Of a DNA stretch of 64,000 nucleotides, positions 37,828-48,940 are shown piece by piece. Where the stretch lies: the NCBI GenBank assembly GCA_963806185.1, contig CAWDXE010000001.1:207512-271511 (forward strand), given 5' to 3'. The first letter of the stretch is position 1. The number at the start of each line of letters is the position of its first letter. This DNA is from an uncultured candidate division Zixibacteria bacterium (lineage in GTDB: Bacteria > Zixibacteria > MSB-5A5 > GN15 > FEB-12). A program made the translations under genes and the position numbers. The notes under the pieces were generated by a model that saw only the letters and a program-made list of their open reading frames with translations, did not search any database and was not told the DNA's origin.

Positions 37828-38867
37828 CGTCCGGGCTTACGCGCAAGGCTGAGCGCAATTCGGACGTGTTGCCGCTGTCCGCGTCAAGAGTCTGGCGTGA
37901 GCACAAGGCCAAGCTGGTACTCCTGGGTGTCGTCCTGTTAGCCCTCGGGATGACATTTGTGCAACCGTACATCAATCAGTACATCCTTCTCATCATCGTC
38001 TATGTCGGAATCAACATCACCCTGTCGGTGAGTCTTGGGTTGATCAATGGATTCACGGGGCAGTTCTCGCTGGGGCACGCCGGATTCATGGCGATCGGGG
38101 CGTACACGACCACGCAGTGTGCTGTGCTCTTCAATCTGGCGCCGGGCACCGTATCGGGGACAATCGGGTTTCTCGCGGCACTGGTTATCGGCGGCTCCGT
38201 GGCGGCTGTGTTCGGACTACTCGTTGGGGTACCCAGTCTTCGGCTTAAGGGGGATTACCTCGCCATTGTCACGCTCGGATTCGGGGAGATTATCCGCGTT
38301 ATTATTCAGAATCTCGATTTTTTGGGCGGGGCGCGAGGCTTTACCGAGATTCCCAAGTTGTCAAATATGTTCTGGGTATTCGGCATCGCGGCGCTGACGG
38401 TGTTTGTGGTATGGAATCTTGTGCGATCGACCTATGGCAAGGGATTCCTCGCGGTGGCGGACGATGAAATCTCTGCGGAGGCCATGGGAATCAATTCCAC
38501 GCGATATAAGGTCATTGCCTTTGTCACCGGCGCATTCTTTGCCGGGATTGCGGGAGGTTTGTACGCTCATTTTGTTGTCTATATCAATCCTTCGCAATTC
38601 GGCTTCGTTAAGTCGATTGAAATCGTGATCATGGTGATGGTGGGCGGCGTACACAGCATCATCGGCGTCATTCTGTCCGCCACGCTCCTGACGGTTCTGC
38701 GCGAAGTGCTTCGCACGGCCGCCGGTTACCGCGAAGTCATCTATTCCCTCGCCTTGATTCTCATCATGATTTGGCGCCCGCAGGGGCTATTCGGGGGCAG
38801 TGGGATATGGCTGAAGTCGCTCTGGCGGCGGCTTCATCCCCCCAAGCCTCGGGCGGTGGAGGAGTGA
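37824..38867 (+). CDS. livM: branched-chain amino acid ABC transporter permease LivM
   Basis: LivM-family permease ('GQFSLGHAGFMAIGAYT…GDYLAIVTLGFGEIIR'). Overlaps the livH stop (ATGA). Confidence 0.85.
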   Translation: MTSGLTRKAERNSDVLPLSASRVWREHKAKLVLLGVVLLALGMTFVQPYINQYILLIIVYVGINITLSVSLGLINGFTGQFSLGHAGFMAIGAYTTTQCAVLFNLAPGTVSGTIGFLAALVIGGSVAAVFGLLVGVPSLRLKGDYLAIVTLGFGEIIRVIIQNLDFLGGARGFTEIPKLSNMFWVFGIAALTVFVVWNLVRSTYGKGFLAVADDEISAEAMGINSTRYKVIAFVTGAFFAGIAGGLYAHFVVYINPSQFGFVKSIEIVIMVMVGGVHSIIGVILSATLLTVLREVLRTAAGYREVIYSLALILIMIWRPQGLFGGSGIWLKSLWRRLHPPKPRAVEE

Positions 38868-39639
38868 TGGCGGACTCTATTCTCAGCATTCAGGATTGCA
38901 CGATGCAATTCGGCGGCTTGACGGCGGTGTCGAATCTGACTTTGGAGATTCCGCAGAATGGACTAATCGGCCTGATCGGCCCGAACGGCGCCGGCAAGAC
39001 GACGGTCTTCAATATGATCACCGGTTTCTACCAGCCGACCAGCGGCGATATTGTGTTTGACGACATATCGATTGTCGGGAAGAAACCCTACCAAATCGCC
39101 AAGCGCGGAATCGCCCGCACATTTCAGAACGTGCGGCTGTGCCCGTCGCTATCGGTTTACGAAAGCGCCCAGGTTGCTGTAACCAAGAGCGTTGGCTACG
39201 GTTTCGTCGACGCGGTGTTCGACTCGAAGAAGTGCCGCGACGAAGAAGCGGAAATTCGACGCAGCATTATGGAAGTACTGGGCATGTTCGATCTGGTGGA
39301 CGTGGCCGAAGAGCAATCGACCTCTCTCCCCTACGGCGACCAGCGCCGGCTCGAAATCGTGCGCGCACTGGCGACCAAGCCGCGATTATTGCTGCTGGAC
39401 GAACCGGCGGCGGGGATGAACCCGTCGGAGAAGCGCGAACTGATGAGCCTGATCCAGCAGATTCGCGAGAAGTTTCAGATTGCGATCTTCATGATTGAAC
39501 ACGACATGAAGGTGATCATGGGCGTCTGTGAGTACATCTCGGTGCTCGATTACGGCATCAAGATTTCCGAGGGGACGCCGGCAGAAATACAGCGCGATCC
39601 GAAGGTCATCGAAGCATACCTTGGCGAGCAGGTGCACTG

Positions 39640-39640
<1 letters not shown>
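38867..39640 (+). CDS. livG: branched-chain amino acid ABC transporter ATP-binding protein LivG
   Basis: Walker A 'GPNGAGKTT', signature 'LPYGDQRRLEI' and Walker B 'LLLLDEPAAGM'. The start ATG overlaps the livM stop. Confidence 0.85.
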
Positions 39641-40350
<710 letters not shown>

Positions 40351-40359
40351 GCCGACGGC

Positions 40360-41280
40360 CTATTCTTTCTCTCTATCTTCCCTGACAATTGGCTGAAGGA
40401 TGTCCTGAAGCGCGACACCGATGAGTCCATGGGTGAAGCGGAAGCCGCTGGCGAGTAATCGCTGCGGTCGAACGCGAGCGGAGTTGAGGATCATGTCCTG
40501 AGCTTTGCGATTGCCAAGGGCAAGACGGAGCGCAAGGGCAGGCACGGTGAAGTAGGTCGGACGGTGCAAGACGTTTCCAAGGGCAGTAGTGAATTCGGCC
40601 ATGGTCACCGGTGTGGGGGATACGACGTTGACCGGACCGGACAGCTCCGGAGTCAGGACGATGTGTTCGACGGCGCGGTGAACATCTTCGAGGACAACCC
40701 AGCTCAGATATTGCCGGCCATCGCCAAGCTTACCCCCCAATCCAGCGCGAAACAGGGGCAGCATGCGCTGCAGCATCCCGCCACGGGGTGTGAGCACGAC
40801 ACCCATGCGCATCGTCACTACTCGCATACCGCGGGCGGCCATCGCAGCCGCTTCCCATTCTTTGACCAGATCGGCAAGGAATCCCTGCCCGGCGAGTGAA
40901 TCCTCGGTTAACTGCTCCTCGCCACGGTCGCCGTAGTAACCGACGGCCGAAGCACAAATGAAGGTGTGCGGAGGTCGGCGCAGGGAACTGAGTCGATCGG
41001 CCAACAATTGAGTGGCATTGACTCGACTGGACCGAAACCGTTCGCGGCGGCGCTTCGTCCAGCGACCGACGCCGATATTCTCGCCGGCCAGATGGATGAT
41101 GACGTCGTACCCGTCAAGCGCCTTGCCGTCAAGATCCCCAATGCCCGGATTCCAGACGAGGTGCGGCTTTTCGCCGAGAGAACGGCGGGTGAGCGCCGCC
41201 ACCTTGTACCCTTTGGCGTCGAGATAGACAGCCAATGATCCGCCGATGAGTCCAGTGGCACCGGAGATGAGGAATTTCAT
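40360..41280 (-). CDS. TIGR01777-family NAD-dependent epimerase/dehydratase (YfcH-like, SDR39U1)
   Basis: N-terminal 'MKFLISGATGLIGGSLAVYLDAKGYKVAALTRR' and a DUF1731-like C-terminal extension. Confidence 0.75.
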   Translation of the reverse strand: MKFLISGATGLIGGSLAVYLDAKGYKVAALTRRSLGEKPHLVWNPGIGDLDGKALDGYDVIIHLAGENIGVGRWTKRRRERFRSSRVNATQLLADRLSSLRRPPHTFICASAVGYYGDRGEEQLTEDSLAGQGFLADLVKEWEAAAMAARGMRVVTMRMGVVLTPRGGMLQRMLPLFRAGLGGKLGDGRQYLSWVVLEDVHRAVEHIVLTPELSGPVNVVSPTPVTMAEFTTALGNVLHRPTYFTVPALALRLALGNRKAQDMILNSARVRPQRLLASGFRFTHGLIGVALQDILQPIVREDREKE

Positions 41281-41295
41281 GTAGAAATGATCGGC

Positions 41296-41781
41296 TTATT
41301 TTATCAATTCCGCCAGTTTGTTTCTCACTGCCTCGGCATGTCCGGCGGCCGTCACTTTCGCCCAGACATAGGCGATCTTGCCCAGGGGGTCGATCAGGAA
41401 CGTACTGCGGATGACGCCCAGCGATTCCTTGCCGTACATCATCTTGGTCCCCCAGGCACCGTATTTTTCGAGCACTTCCCTCTCAGGGTCGGAAAGCAGT
41501 GTGACTTTCAATTTGAACTTCTCGACAAATTTCCGGTGGCTGGCGGTGGAGTCGGGGCTTACACCGAGCACAGTGGCACCGACTTTTTCAAACGCCTTAA
41601 GGCCGTCGGTAAATTCACACGCCTCGGTAGTGCAGCCGGGGGTATCGTCTTTGGGGTAGAAATAGAGCACCACCCATTGCCCCTTGAAATCCTTGAGGCT
41701 GGTTTTGGCGTCGTCCTGATTGAGCAGGTTGAAAGTCGGGGCTGTTTGGCCGGCATCCGGTCGTTTGGTATCAGTAGGCAT
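41296..41781 (-). CDS. bcp: thioredoxin-dependent peroxiredoxin Bcp/PrxQ
   Basis: 'VVLYFYPKDDTPGCTTEACEF' is the peroxidatic Cys motif of the Bcp family. 161 aa. Confidence 0.85.
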   Translation of the reverse strand: MPTDTKRPDAGQTAPTFNLLNQDDAKTSLKDFKGQWVVLYFYPKDDTPGCTTEACEFTDGLKAFEKVGATVLGVSPDSTASHRKFVEKFKLKVTLLSDPEREVLEKYGAWGTKMMYGKESLGVIRSTFLIDPLGKIAYVWAKVTAAGHAEAVRNKLAELIK

Positions 41782-41841
41782 CGTCCCTCCAATGGTTGGT
41801 ATGGTGATGCCTACTGTAACAAGAATCAGCGTCGGAAGTTT

Positions 41842-42705
41842 TTACGGCCGCGCATTTCCGATCGGAAATTCAAGCTTCAGTTGGACAGCGCCGCTCACGT
41901 CGTCATATTCCGAATCCAGCGGCTTCTGGAAATACACGATGGGACGACCGACAAACCTCGGAAATTCGAATCCGACGGCAGCGAAGTGATCGATGCCATC
42001 GGAGGACTCGTTTCCATCCTTTGTCATCAGCCACAAACCCGAGAGCTCCAACGTGAGGAGTAATCTTCTCGATCCGATCCCTCCGGAAACGCCGTAATGG
42101 AGAATGGCTTCCGAATCTCTTTCGTCCCGACCAAGCAGTATGGTCGGACCCAGCTCGAACCCAAAGCGACAACTGTCGAAGGTGAACTGCTGTGAAAAGT
42201 TGCCGTAGAGACTCCAGTAACCAGAATTGAAGCGGGCGACGTCGTAGAGATCAGCGGCGTTGCCCGCAAATAGTGCGTAGTATTTGCCGTCGTCATACGG
42301 CCAGTACCATTCAGGACCATAATTTGAATATTGCGCAGCAGTCGGCAGTTGCGCCATAAGAGTGGCACTGGTCTGACGTTTTTCCGATCTGGCCAACAAG
42401 AAGTCAAGACCAATGCCGATGTTGCCGAGCACGGTACCATCGTCCGATTCGTATTTCTTGTCACTGTTGGCGATGGGGAGCTGGGTGGTGAAGGCGACAC
42501 TGTGCGTCACTGGCACGCGAACGTCGAATTGGAGTGAACCTGTCAATCCCTTGTACCCCCAATCGTGGATAATCGGCCGGGAGAGTTGAAGACCAAAGGT
42601 AGTCGTATCTGATGCCGGTCGACGAAGCATAAGGTTGGCGGATGCGTCAACGGCGCACATGAGCAGGCAGGTCGACACAGGGAAAAGGATGCCCAGATGT
42701 TTCAT
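41842..42705 (-). CDS. hypothetical secreted/outer-membrane protein
   Basis: The start MKHLGILFPVSTCLLMCAVDASA (signal peptide) follows GGAGAA. Aromatic-rich beta-strand-like sequence with no recognised domain. Confidence 0.4.
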   Translation of the reverse strand: MKHLGILFPVSTCLLMCAVDASANLMLRRPASDTTTFGLQLSRPIIHDWGYKGLTGSLQFDVRVPVTHSVAFTTQLPIANSDKKYESDDGTVLGNIGIGLDFLLARSEKRQTSATLMAQLPTAAQYSNYGPEWYWPYDDGKYYALFAGNAADLYDVARFNSGYWSLYGNFSQQFTFDSCRFGFELGPTILLGRDERDSEAILHYGVSGGIGSRRLLLTLELSGLWLMTKDGNESSDGIDHFAAVGFEFPRFVGRPIVYFQKPLDSEYDDVSGAVQLKLEFPIGNARP

Positions 42706-42885
42706 TGCTGTTCTCCGGTGTAGAGAGGCTTGGTGAGACGCAGGCAAATTTGCTGATACACCAAGTAAGTTCCGCGAGTCATACACTCAATCGGGTAACG
42801 AGGATGCTTTGCTCAAATATAAAGCAAGCATCAAAGGATGCAAGCAATTCGGGGCTGACTATTTGACGGACCCGCATAAGCCATG

Positions 42886-43998
42886 CTACACCATGCGCTT
42901 ATGGAAGCGGAGCGCGGCGGAGGTGAAGGCGATCAGGCCGATGATGGTCATGCCGATGATACTCTCCCAGAGATCAGCCACGCCGGAGCCTTTCATAATG
43001 ATGCCGCGCACGATGTCGATGTAATAGCGCATCGGATTGATGATGGTGAGATGCTGAAGCCAGACGGGCATGTTGGCGACCGGCGTAAAATAGCCGGAGG
43101 TGAGCATGGTGAAGATGGACAGGAACCAGGCCAGAAACATCGCCTGCTGTTGAGTGTGAGTGAGCGTCGACACTAGCAACCCGAGGCCAAGCGAACTGAG
43201 CAAATAGATCAGTGAGAGCACGACGAGCAGAAGATGCGAGCCGACAAATGGGACGTTGAACCACCAGAGGCCTACTTGCAGGGTGAATCCCATAACGGCC
43301 ATGGAAACGAGAGCAAAATACGAAAGCTTGCCGAACATGAGGGTGACGCTGTTGATCGGCGTGACCATGACCTGTTCCAGTGTGCCCAGTTCCCTTTCGC
43401 GGACAATAGCCATAGCGGTCATCATCAGAGTGAGCATGGTCAATAAAGTGGCCACAACTCCCGGGACCATAAACATGCGCGATTCGGCCTCCGGGTTAAA
43501 CAGGTAGTCGTAGCGGAGTTCGATATTCTGCTTCCTGTTGAGTACATTGCTCGAGAAACTCTGTACGATGCGTTGTGCGTAGCCGGTCCCTATCCTTGCC
43601 GAGTTGGCATCCGAGCCGTCAGCTATCCAACCAAGCGTGACCGAATCACCATTTTCAAGTTGCTCGGAGAATTCTTTGGGGATAATAACAGCCATCTCCG
43701 ACTTGCCGGCGCGGAAACGATCCTCGAGTTGCCAGATCGGGACACGGTCGTCGACCGCCTCTCGTTCGACCGGACGGAAGTAATCTCCGGCCTTAAACGC
43801 CTGAATCAATTGGCGTGAGTAGGCGGACTGGCTGTAGTCGTAGACATCGAGGGCAATCCGTTTGACGTCGGTATTAACAGCGTACCCCATAATCAACAAC
43901 TGGAGTATCGGCATGACGAAGAAGAGCCTGAGGTTGGTCTTGTCGCGGAGGCTCTGGGTGAGTTCCTTTTTGAAAACGCCGGCAAAGGCACGCAACAT
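42886..43998 (-). CDS. ABC-2 family transporter permease (YbhR/YbhS-like)
   Basis: 370 aa, with an N-terminal periplasmic loop followed by a 6-TM ABC-2 membrane domain. Last gene of the efflux operon. Confidence 0.75.
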   Translation of the reverse strand: MLRAFAGVFKKELTQSLRDKTNLRLFFVMPILQLLIMGYAVNTDVKRIALDVYDYSQSAYSRQLIQAFKAGDYFRPVEREAVDDRVPIWQLEDRFRAGKSEMAVIIPKEFSEQLENGDSVTLGWIADGSDANSARIGTGYAQRIVQSFSSNVLNRKQNIELRYDYLFNPEAESRMFMVPGVVATLLTMLTLMMTAMAIVRERELGTLEQVMVTPINSVTLMFGKLSYFALVSMAVMGFTLQVGLWWFNVPFVGSHLLLVVLSLIYLLSSLGLGLLVSTLTHTQQQAMFLAWFLSIFTMLTSGYFTPVANMPVWLQHLTIINPMRYYIDIVRGIIMKGSGVADLWESIIGMTIIGLIAFTSAALRFHKRMV

Positions 43999-43999
43999 A

Positions 44000-45118
44000 T
44001 CAGCCCACCCTCGTGCTGAAACGCCGCACGGCCAGGAAGAGAAAGATCACCATTAACAGGAACAGAAAACCGGCTTGCGGGGCGAGAATGGCAAAATCGG
44101 ATCCTTTCAGCATGATCCCCCGCACCATCTTGATGAAGTAAGTGGCCGGGACGAGTCGGCTGATAACCTGCAGGGCCACCGGCATGTTTTTGACGGCGAA
44201 AATAAAGCCAGAGAGCATGATCGACGGCAGCATGGTGATCAAAAGTGCCAGTTGCATGGCGAGCTGTTGAGTCGCGACACCGGTTGAAATGAGGATACCG
44301 ATGCTGAGCGCCGTGCCGACGTAGAGCAGTTCAAAGAGCAGCAGCAGCGGGAATGAGCCGACGAACGGAACGTTGAACAAGAGCTTGGCGAAAACGATCA
44401 CCAACAACCCGTCGAGAAAGGCAATGAGTATGTAGGGAACGATCTTCCCAATGAGTATCTGGGTCGGCGAAACCGGTGCGACCAGCAGTTGCTCCATGGT
44501 GCCGGTTTCCTTCTCTCGCGCGATAGTAATCGACGTCAAGAGTGCGGAAATCATGAGCAGGATAATCGAGACGATGCCGGGCACAAAGAAGTGCGACGAA
44601 AGCATGTCCGGGTTGTAGAGCATCTGTTGAGAAATCCTGACACCGGGCAGCGACGTGCCGGGCGGGAGGCGGTCGAGCAGGTACCTATTGAGCAGGGCGT
44701 TGGTGTAGGCCACGACCGCGGCGGCCTGGGACACCTCGGAGCCATCAAGCTCCAACCCCAATTCATACTGGGAGCCATTCTGTAAGGCTTCAGCAAAGCC
44801 CGGACGGATGAGCAGCACTCCGGCGGCATGTGAGGCACGCAGAAGCTGGGCCGGGTCGAAGATGTATGGCTCTTCGGCGGCACGATAGAAGTATCCTGAT
44901 TCATAGAATCGTTCGACGAAGGCGCGTGATTCGGGGGTTTGATCCTGATCGATGACCGCGAGACCGATGTGCTCGATATCCATGTTGATGGCATAGCCAT
45001 AGAGAAACGTCATCATGATCGGCATGATGAAGATGATGATGAGCGAGCGGAAGTCGCGCAGGATGTGATACAGCTCTTTTTGGGCGATGGCTTTAAGCTG
45101 ACGCACTGGCGACTCCAT
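44000..45118 (-). CDS. ABC-2 family transporter permease (YbhS/YbhR-like)
   Basis: 372 aa, paralogous in architecture to 42886..43998. Confidence 0.75.
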   Translation of the reverse strand: MESPVRQLKAIAQKELYHILRDFRSLIIIFIMPIMMTFLYGYAINMDIEHIGLAVIDQDQTPESRAFVERFYESGYFYRAAEEPYIFDPAQLLRASHAAGVLLIRPGFAEALQNGSQYELGLELDGSEVSQAAAVVAYTNALLNRYLLDRLPPGTSLPGVRISQQMLYNPDMLSSHFFVPGIVSIILLMISALLTSITIAREKETGTMEQLLVAPVSPTQILIGKIVPYILIAFLDGLLVIVFAKLLFNVPFVGSFPLLLLFELLYVGTALSIGILISTGVATQQLAMQLALLITMLPSIMLSGFIFAVKNMPVALQVISRLVPATYFIKMVRGIMLKGSDFAILAPQAGFLFLLMVIFLFLAVRRFSTRVG

Positions 45119-45842
45119 TCGGCCGGATCAGATCGATGAACATATCTTCGAGGTTGGCCGCCTTGTGTTTCTTAACCAGTTCGTGCGGAGTGCCGAGCTC
45201 AATAAGTTTGCCGGCATGCATGATGGAAATTCGACCGCAGTATTCCGCCTCGTCCATATAGTGTGTAGTTACGAAAATCGTAACGCCTTCGTCGGCCAAT
45301 TCATATAGAAGGCCCCAGAAGGTGCGGCGGAACACGGGATCCACGCCGCCGGTCGGTTCGTCGAGAAAGAGAATTTTCGGCTGGTGCAGAACGGCGACTG
45401 ACAGCGCCAGGCGCTGCCGCCAGCCGACCGGAAGACGGCCCGAGACGCGGTCGATGAATTCGCCGAGCGAGAGTCGTTCGGTGAGTTCATCGATGCGCCG
45501 GCGGCGCGATTTCTTATCGAGATTGTAGGCGTGGCCGTAGAAATCAAGGTTCTCGCGGCCAGTCAGATCGGCGTATAACGAGAATTTCTGCGACATGTAG
45601 CCGATATTGCGTTTGATCTGTTCGGATTCCTTGAGAACATCAAACCCGCCGACCTGACCAGAGCCTGACGTGGGCAAGAGCAACCCGCACAGCATGCGAA
45701 TGGCAGTAGTCTTCCCCGCTCCGTTGGCCCCGAGGAAACCAAAGATCTCACCCGTCTCGACGGTCAGCGAAAGATCGTCGACGGCCGTGAATTGGCCGAA
45801 GCGTTTGGTCAGATGGTCGATCTGCACGGCGTGGCTGTTCAT
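45093..45842 (-). CDS. ABC transporter ATP-binding protein
   Basis: Walker A 'GANGAGKTT' and 'LFLDEPTGGVDP'. 249 aa. Confidence 0.85.
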   Translation of the reverse strand: MNSHAVQIDHLTKRFGQFTAVDDLSLTVETGEIFGFLGANGAGKTTAIRMLCGLLLPTSGSGQVGGFDVLKESEQIKRNIGYMSQKFSLYADLTGRENLDFYGHAYNLDKKSRRRRIDELTERLSLGEFIDRVSGRLPVGWRQRLALSVAVLHQPKILFLDEPTGGVDPVFRRTFWGLLYELADEGVTIFVTTHYMDEAEYCGRISIMHAGKLIELGTPHELVKKHKAANLEDMFIDLIRPNGVASASA

Positions 45843-46753
45843 CCGGTGGTCTCCATCAATTGGATGAAACGATCCTCGAGCTCGGGCGCAATGGTGTGGA
45901 TCTGCGTGGAGGTCACTCCGGCTGAGGACAGACTCCCGGCGGATCGCTCAATAGTATCACCGGACTGAAGGTAGATATGGATGCCGGCGCCAAAGCGGCG
46001 GGCCGAGAGGCCGGAGATCTGATTAATTTGCTGAATCAATTCGGTAGTTGGGTTGGCATCCAGATAGTAGATCGTTCCCTCGAACTGGGCAGCCAGTTGC
46101 TGCGGCGTACCGACGGAGAGGCGACGGCTGTTGAAGATGAAGCAGGCGCGATCGGCGCGAGCAACCTCGTCCATATAGGGTGTGGAGACGAGGATGGTGG
46201 TGCCGCCTTTCTTCAGCTCAAGCAGTATCTCCCAGAACTGCCGTCGCGAAAGGGGATCAACGCCGGTGGTCGGCTCGTCGAGAATCAGTAACTCAGGATC
46301 ATGCATGAGCGCGCAGGAAAGGGCCAGCTTCTGCTTCATGCCTCCTGACAGGGCCGACGCTCGGCGTTTGGCGAAAGGGCCGAGATTGGAGAAGGTGTAG
46401 AGAAAATCGCGCTTGTCACGATAAGTCTGCCCATATACGCCGTAGATGCCGGCGTAGAAGGTGAGATTCTCCTCGACGCTCAAATCCGGGTAGAGCGAAA
46501 AGACCTGCGGCATATAGCCGAGGATATGCTTCACGGCGTCGAAGTTCTTCGTGATGTCGTGGCCGGCGATAGTTACGTTGCCGGCGTCGGCGTCGATTAA
46601 ACGGCAGAGGATACGGATCAACGTAGTCTTCCCCGCGCCATCCGGCCCGACCAGGGCAAAGATCTCCCCTTTTTCGACGGCGAGTGAAAATTCATGCAAG
46701 GCGACCACCTTGCCGTAGGAGCGGCTGATATTGTCGATAGTGATGAAGCTCAT
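45839..46753 (-). CDS. ABC transporter ATP-binding protein
   Basis: Walker A 'GPDGAGKTT', signature 'LSGGMKQKLALSCAL' and 'LILDEPTTGVDP'. 304 aa with a C-terminal extension. Confidence 0.85.
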   Translation of the reverse strand: MSFITIDNISRSYGKVVALHEFSLAVEKGEIFALVGPDGAGKTTLIRILCRLIDADAGNVTIAGHDITKNFDAVKHILGYMPQVFSLYPDLSVEENLTFYAGIYGVYGQTYRDKRDFLYTFSNLGPFAKRRASALSGGMKQKLALSCALMHDPELLILDEPTTGVDPLSRRQFWEILLELKKGGTTILVSTPYMDEVARADRACFIFNSRRLSVGTPQQLAAQFEGTIYYLDANPTTELIQQINQISGLSARRFGAGIHIYLQSGDTIERSAGSLSSAGVTSTQIHTIAPELEDRFIQLMETTG

Positions 46754-47637
46754 TTCAGTTCCAGAGTCACGAATACTGGCATGCCGATTTTCAGCCGCCC
46801 GTCGCTGTTCGGGATGGTTACTTTTACGGCATAGACGAGGTTGGCCCGGGATTTCTCAGTCTGCACGTTCTTGGGCGTGAACTCCGCTTCGGCGGAAGTC
46901 CAGGAGACGACGCCGGGATATTCGGTTTCGCCCGACTCGGTGCTGACCTTGGCGCGGTCGCCGACTTTCACTCCTGAGAACTCGCTGGAAGGGAGATAGA
47001 CTTTGGCCCAGACGGTATCGAGCTGGGCAATTTTGATGATGGCCTTGCCGAGGCCGACCACTTCGCCGGCATCAACGAACTTCTCAGTGACGGTTCCGCT
47101 GATAGGCGCCAGTGGGCGCGTATCTTGAAGCACGCGACGGATGCGATTGAGATCGGCATTGATCTTTTCGATTTCCGCTTCAATTGTGCCGACGGTAGCT
47201 TCGGCGGACTTGCGGGCGATGGTTGCCTGAGTGAATTCGTTTTCCAACTGGTCGAGTTGTCGCTGGGTGGCCGAGCCGGAGCGAATGAGACGGGCGATGC
47301 GGTCGCGTTCGGACTTGGTGTATGATTCCTGCTGTTTGGCGCGGTCGACCTGGATACGGGCGACGCGAAGGTTGGCTTCGGCGGTCTGGTGGCCGGCCTC
47401 GGCCGAGGCGAGCTCGAGCTCAGTTCGACTGGGATCGATAACGGCGAGAGTGTCGCCGGCCTTGACCGATTGGCCCTCGTCGAAGCGCCGTTCAATCACT
47501 CGTCCACCTGTCTCGGCACTGACGAGAACCTCGTTGGCCTCGATGAAACCCGAACCACCCGCTGTTCCATTGTTTGACTTGCAGCCGATGACGGTTGCAC
47601 CCAGGATTGAAAGCAGGATTATGGCCATTCGTTTCAT
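46750..47637 (-). CDS. HlyD-family membrane fusion/periplasmic adaptor protein
   Basis: The start MKRMAIILLSILGATVIGC is immediately after the tolC-like gene stop. A coiled-coil region (…ANLRVARIQVDRAKQQ…) and a beta-barrel 'LKIGMPVFVTLE' C-terminus. Confidence 0.8.
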   Translation of the reverse strand: MKRMAIILLSILGATVIGCKSNNGTAGGSGFIEANEVLVSAETGGRVIERRFDEGQSVKAGDTLAVIDPSRTELELASAEAGHQTAEANLRVARIQVDRAKQQESYTKSERDRIARLIRSGSATQRQLDQLENEFTQATIARKSAEATVGTIEAEIEKINADLNRIRRVLQDTRPLAPISGTVTEKFVDAGEVVGLGKAIIKIAQLDTVWAKVYLPSSEFSGVKVGDRAKVSTESGETEYPGVVSWTSAEAEFTPKNVQTEKSRANLVYAVKVTIPNSDGRLKIGMPVFVTLELK

Positions 47638-47638
47638 A

Positions 47639-48940
47639 TCAGTTTCCCTTCTCGATATCTGTTGAACCGATCGCGTACAAGTAGGCGCTACGAGCGATAT
47701 AGTACTGCACCAGCGTGGCATGGCGCGAACCGTCAGCAACGGCGAGATCCGCCTCGGCTTCAAGCAGGCGATTGGCTGTCATGGTACCTTCTTTATGTTG
47801 CGCCGAGGCGAGGCGGAAGTGATCGGAGGTGATTCGGTACTCGGCCACCGCTGTCAGGTATTGGCGGTGGGCCAGGTGCATTTGTTCCAAACTGACGGCA
47901 GCGTCGCGAGTGAGATTCTCTTTTATCAAATCGCGATCAAATTCGGCGCCTGCCAGCGCCCAGTTGGCAGAACGAGCCCGGTTGGCCGTGCGGCCGCCGA
48001 TATTAAACGACCAGGTGAGATTTCCTCCCACGGTGAAGTAGTCGTTCCAGCTGTTGTTGAACAGGTCCCGGTTAGGCTTGCCGTAGGAGTAGCCGCCATA
48101 GGCGGAGACAGTGGGGAGGTAATCCGTTTTAGACAGTCGTACGCGAGCGCGATTGACTGAGACTCCGGCCTCGGCGACGCGAAGCTCCGGCTTCTGGGCG
48201 TCGACAATCGCATCGCCATCCGGTTCGATCGGGTCGGGAATTACCTCGGCAAAACGGACGGAGTCCGATATCGGCAATCCGAGTAACGTGAGCAGAGAAA
48301 GTTCGGCTGTGCGTCGACTATTGCGGGCCTGTTCCAAACCAATTTGCGCTCGTGACAGAGCGAGCTGAGCATCAAGAATATCGACCGAGTCGGCCGAGCC
48401 GCCGTCAAACAGTGACTGAACATCCTGTGAAATAACTTCGGCCCGTTTGAGTTGTGCTTCGGATGTTCTGACGAGGCCGTCCGCTTTGTACAGGGTGTAG
48501 TACGCGACGCGAGTCTGGAAAGCGAGGCGCATGCGCTCGGCATCCAATTGCGCCTGACTCAGTTCGCGGGCCGCCTTGGAAGTAGCGATACTGTTGCTGA
48601 TTCTTCCACCGGTATAGAGCGGCATGGATAGACGAAGGTCGAGTTGATAATTCTGTTCGCTGCCGAGTTCGCGGGAAAATGACGGTGCACCTGGAATCGG
48701 GAGGGCAATGTCGAATGATGGAACAGCACTGATGTACGACGCTGCGCCGTTGGCCGAAAGTGTGGGAAACCGCTCCGCTTGCAGAGCGCGTACGTCCGCT
48801 TCGGCACCGGCCAGCCCGGACTGCGCCCGTTTCAGACTTCGCGAATGTTCCTCGGCAAGGCTGAGCGCCTGAGTAAGAGTGAGATCGCGCGCTTGAGCGA
48901 CACTGCACAGATACACTAGAACAAGGACTATAGCTTTCAT
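47639..48940 (-). CDS. TolC-family outer membrane efflux protein
   Basis: 433 aa with a signal peptide and duplicated helical repeats (…LTLTQALSLAEEHSRSLKRAQ…, …ARNSRRTAELSL…), typical of the OEP/TolC family. Confidence 0.8.
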   Translation of the reverse strand: MKAIVLVLVYLCSVAQARDLTLTQALSLAEEHSRSLKRAQSGLAGAEADVRALQAERFPTLSANGAASYISAVPSFDIALPIPGAPSFSRELGSEQNYQLDLRLSMPLYTGGRISNSIATSKAARELSQAQLDAERMRLAFQTRVAYYTLYKADGLVRTSEAQLKRAEVISQDVQSLFDGGSADSVDILDAQLALSRAQIGLEQARNSRRTAELSLLTLLGLPISDSVRFAEVIPDPIEPDGDAIVDAQKPELRVAEAGVSVNRARVRLSKTDYLPTVSAYGGYSYGKPNRDLFNNSWNDYFTVGGNLTWSFNIGGRTANRARSANWALAGAEFDRDLIKENLTRDAAVSLEQMHLAHRQYLTAVAEYRITSDHFRLASAQHKEGTMTANRLLEAEADLAVADGSRHATLVQYYIARSAYLYAIGSTDIEKGN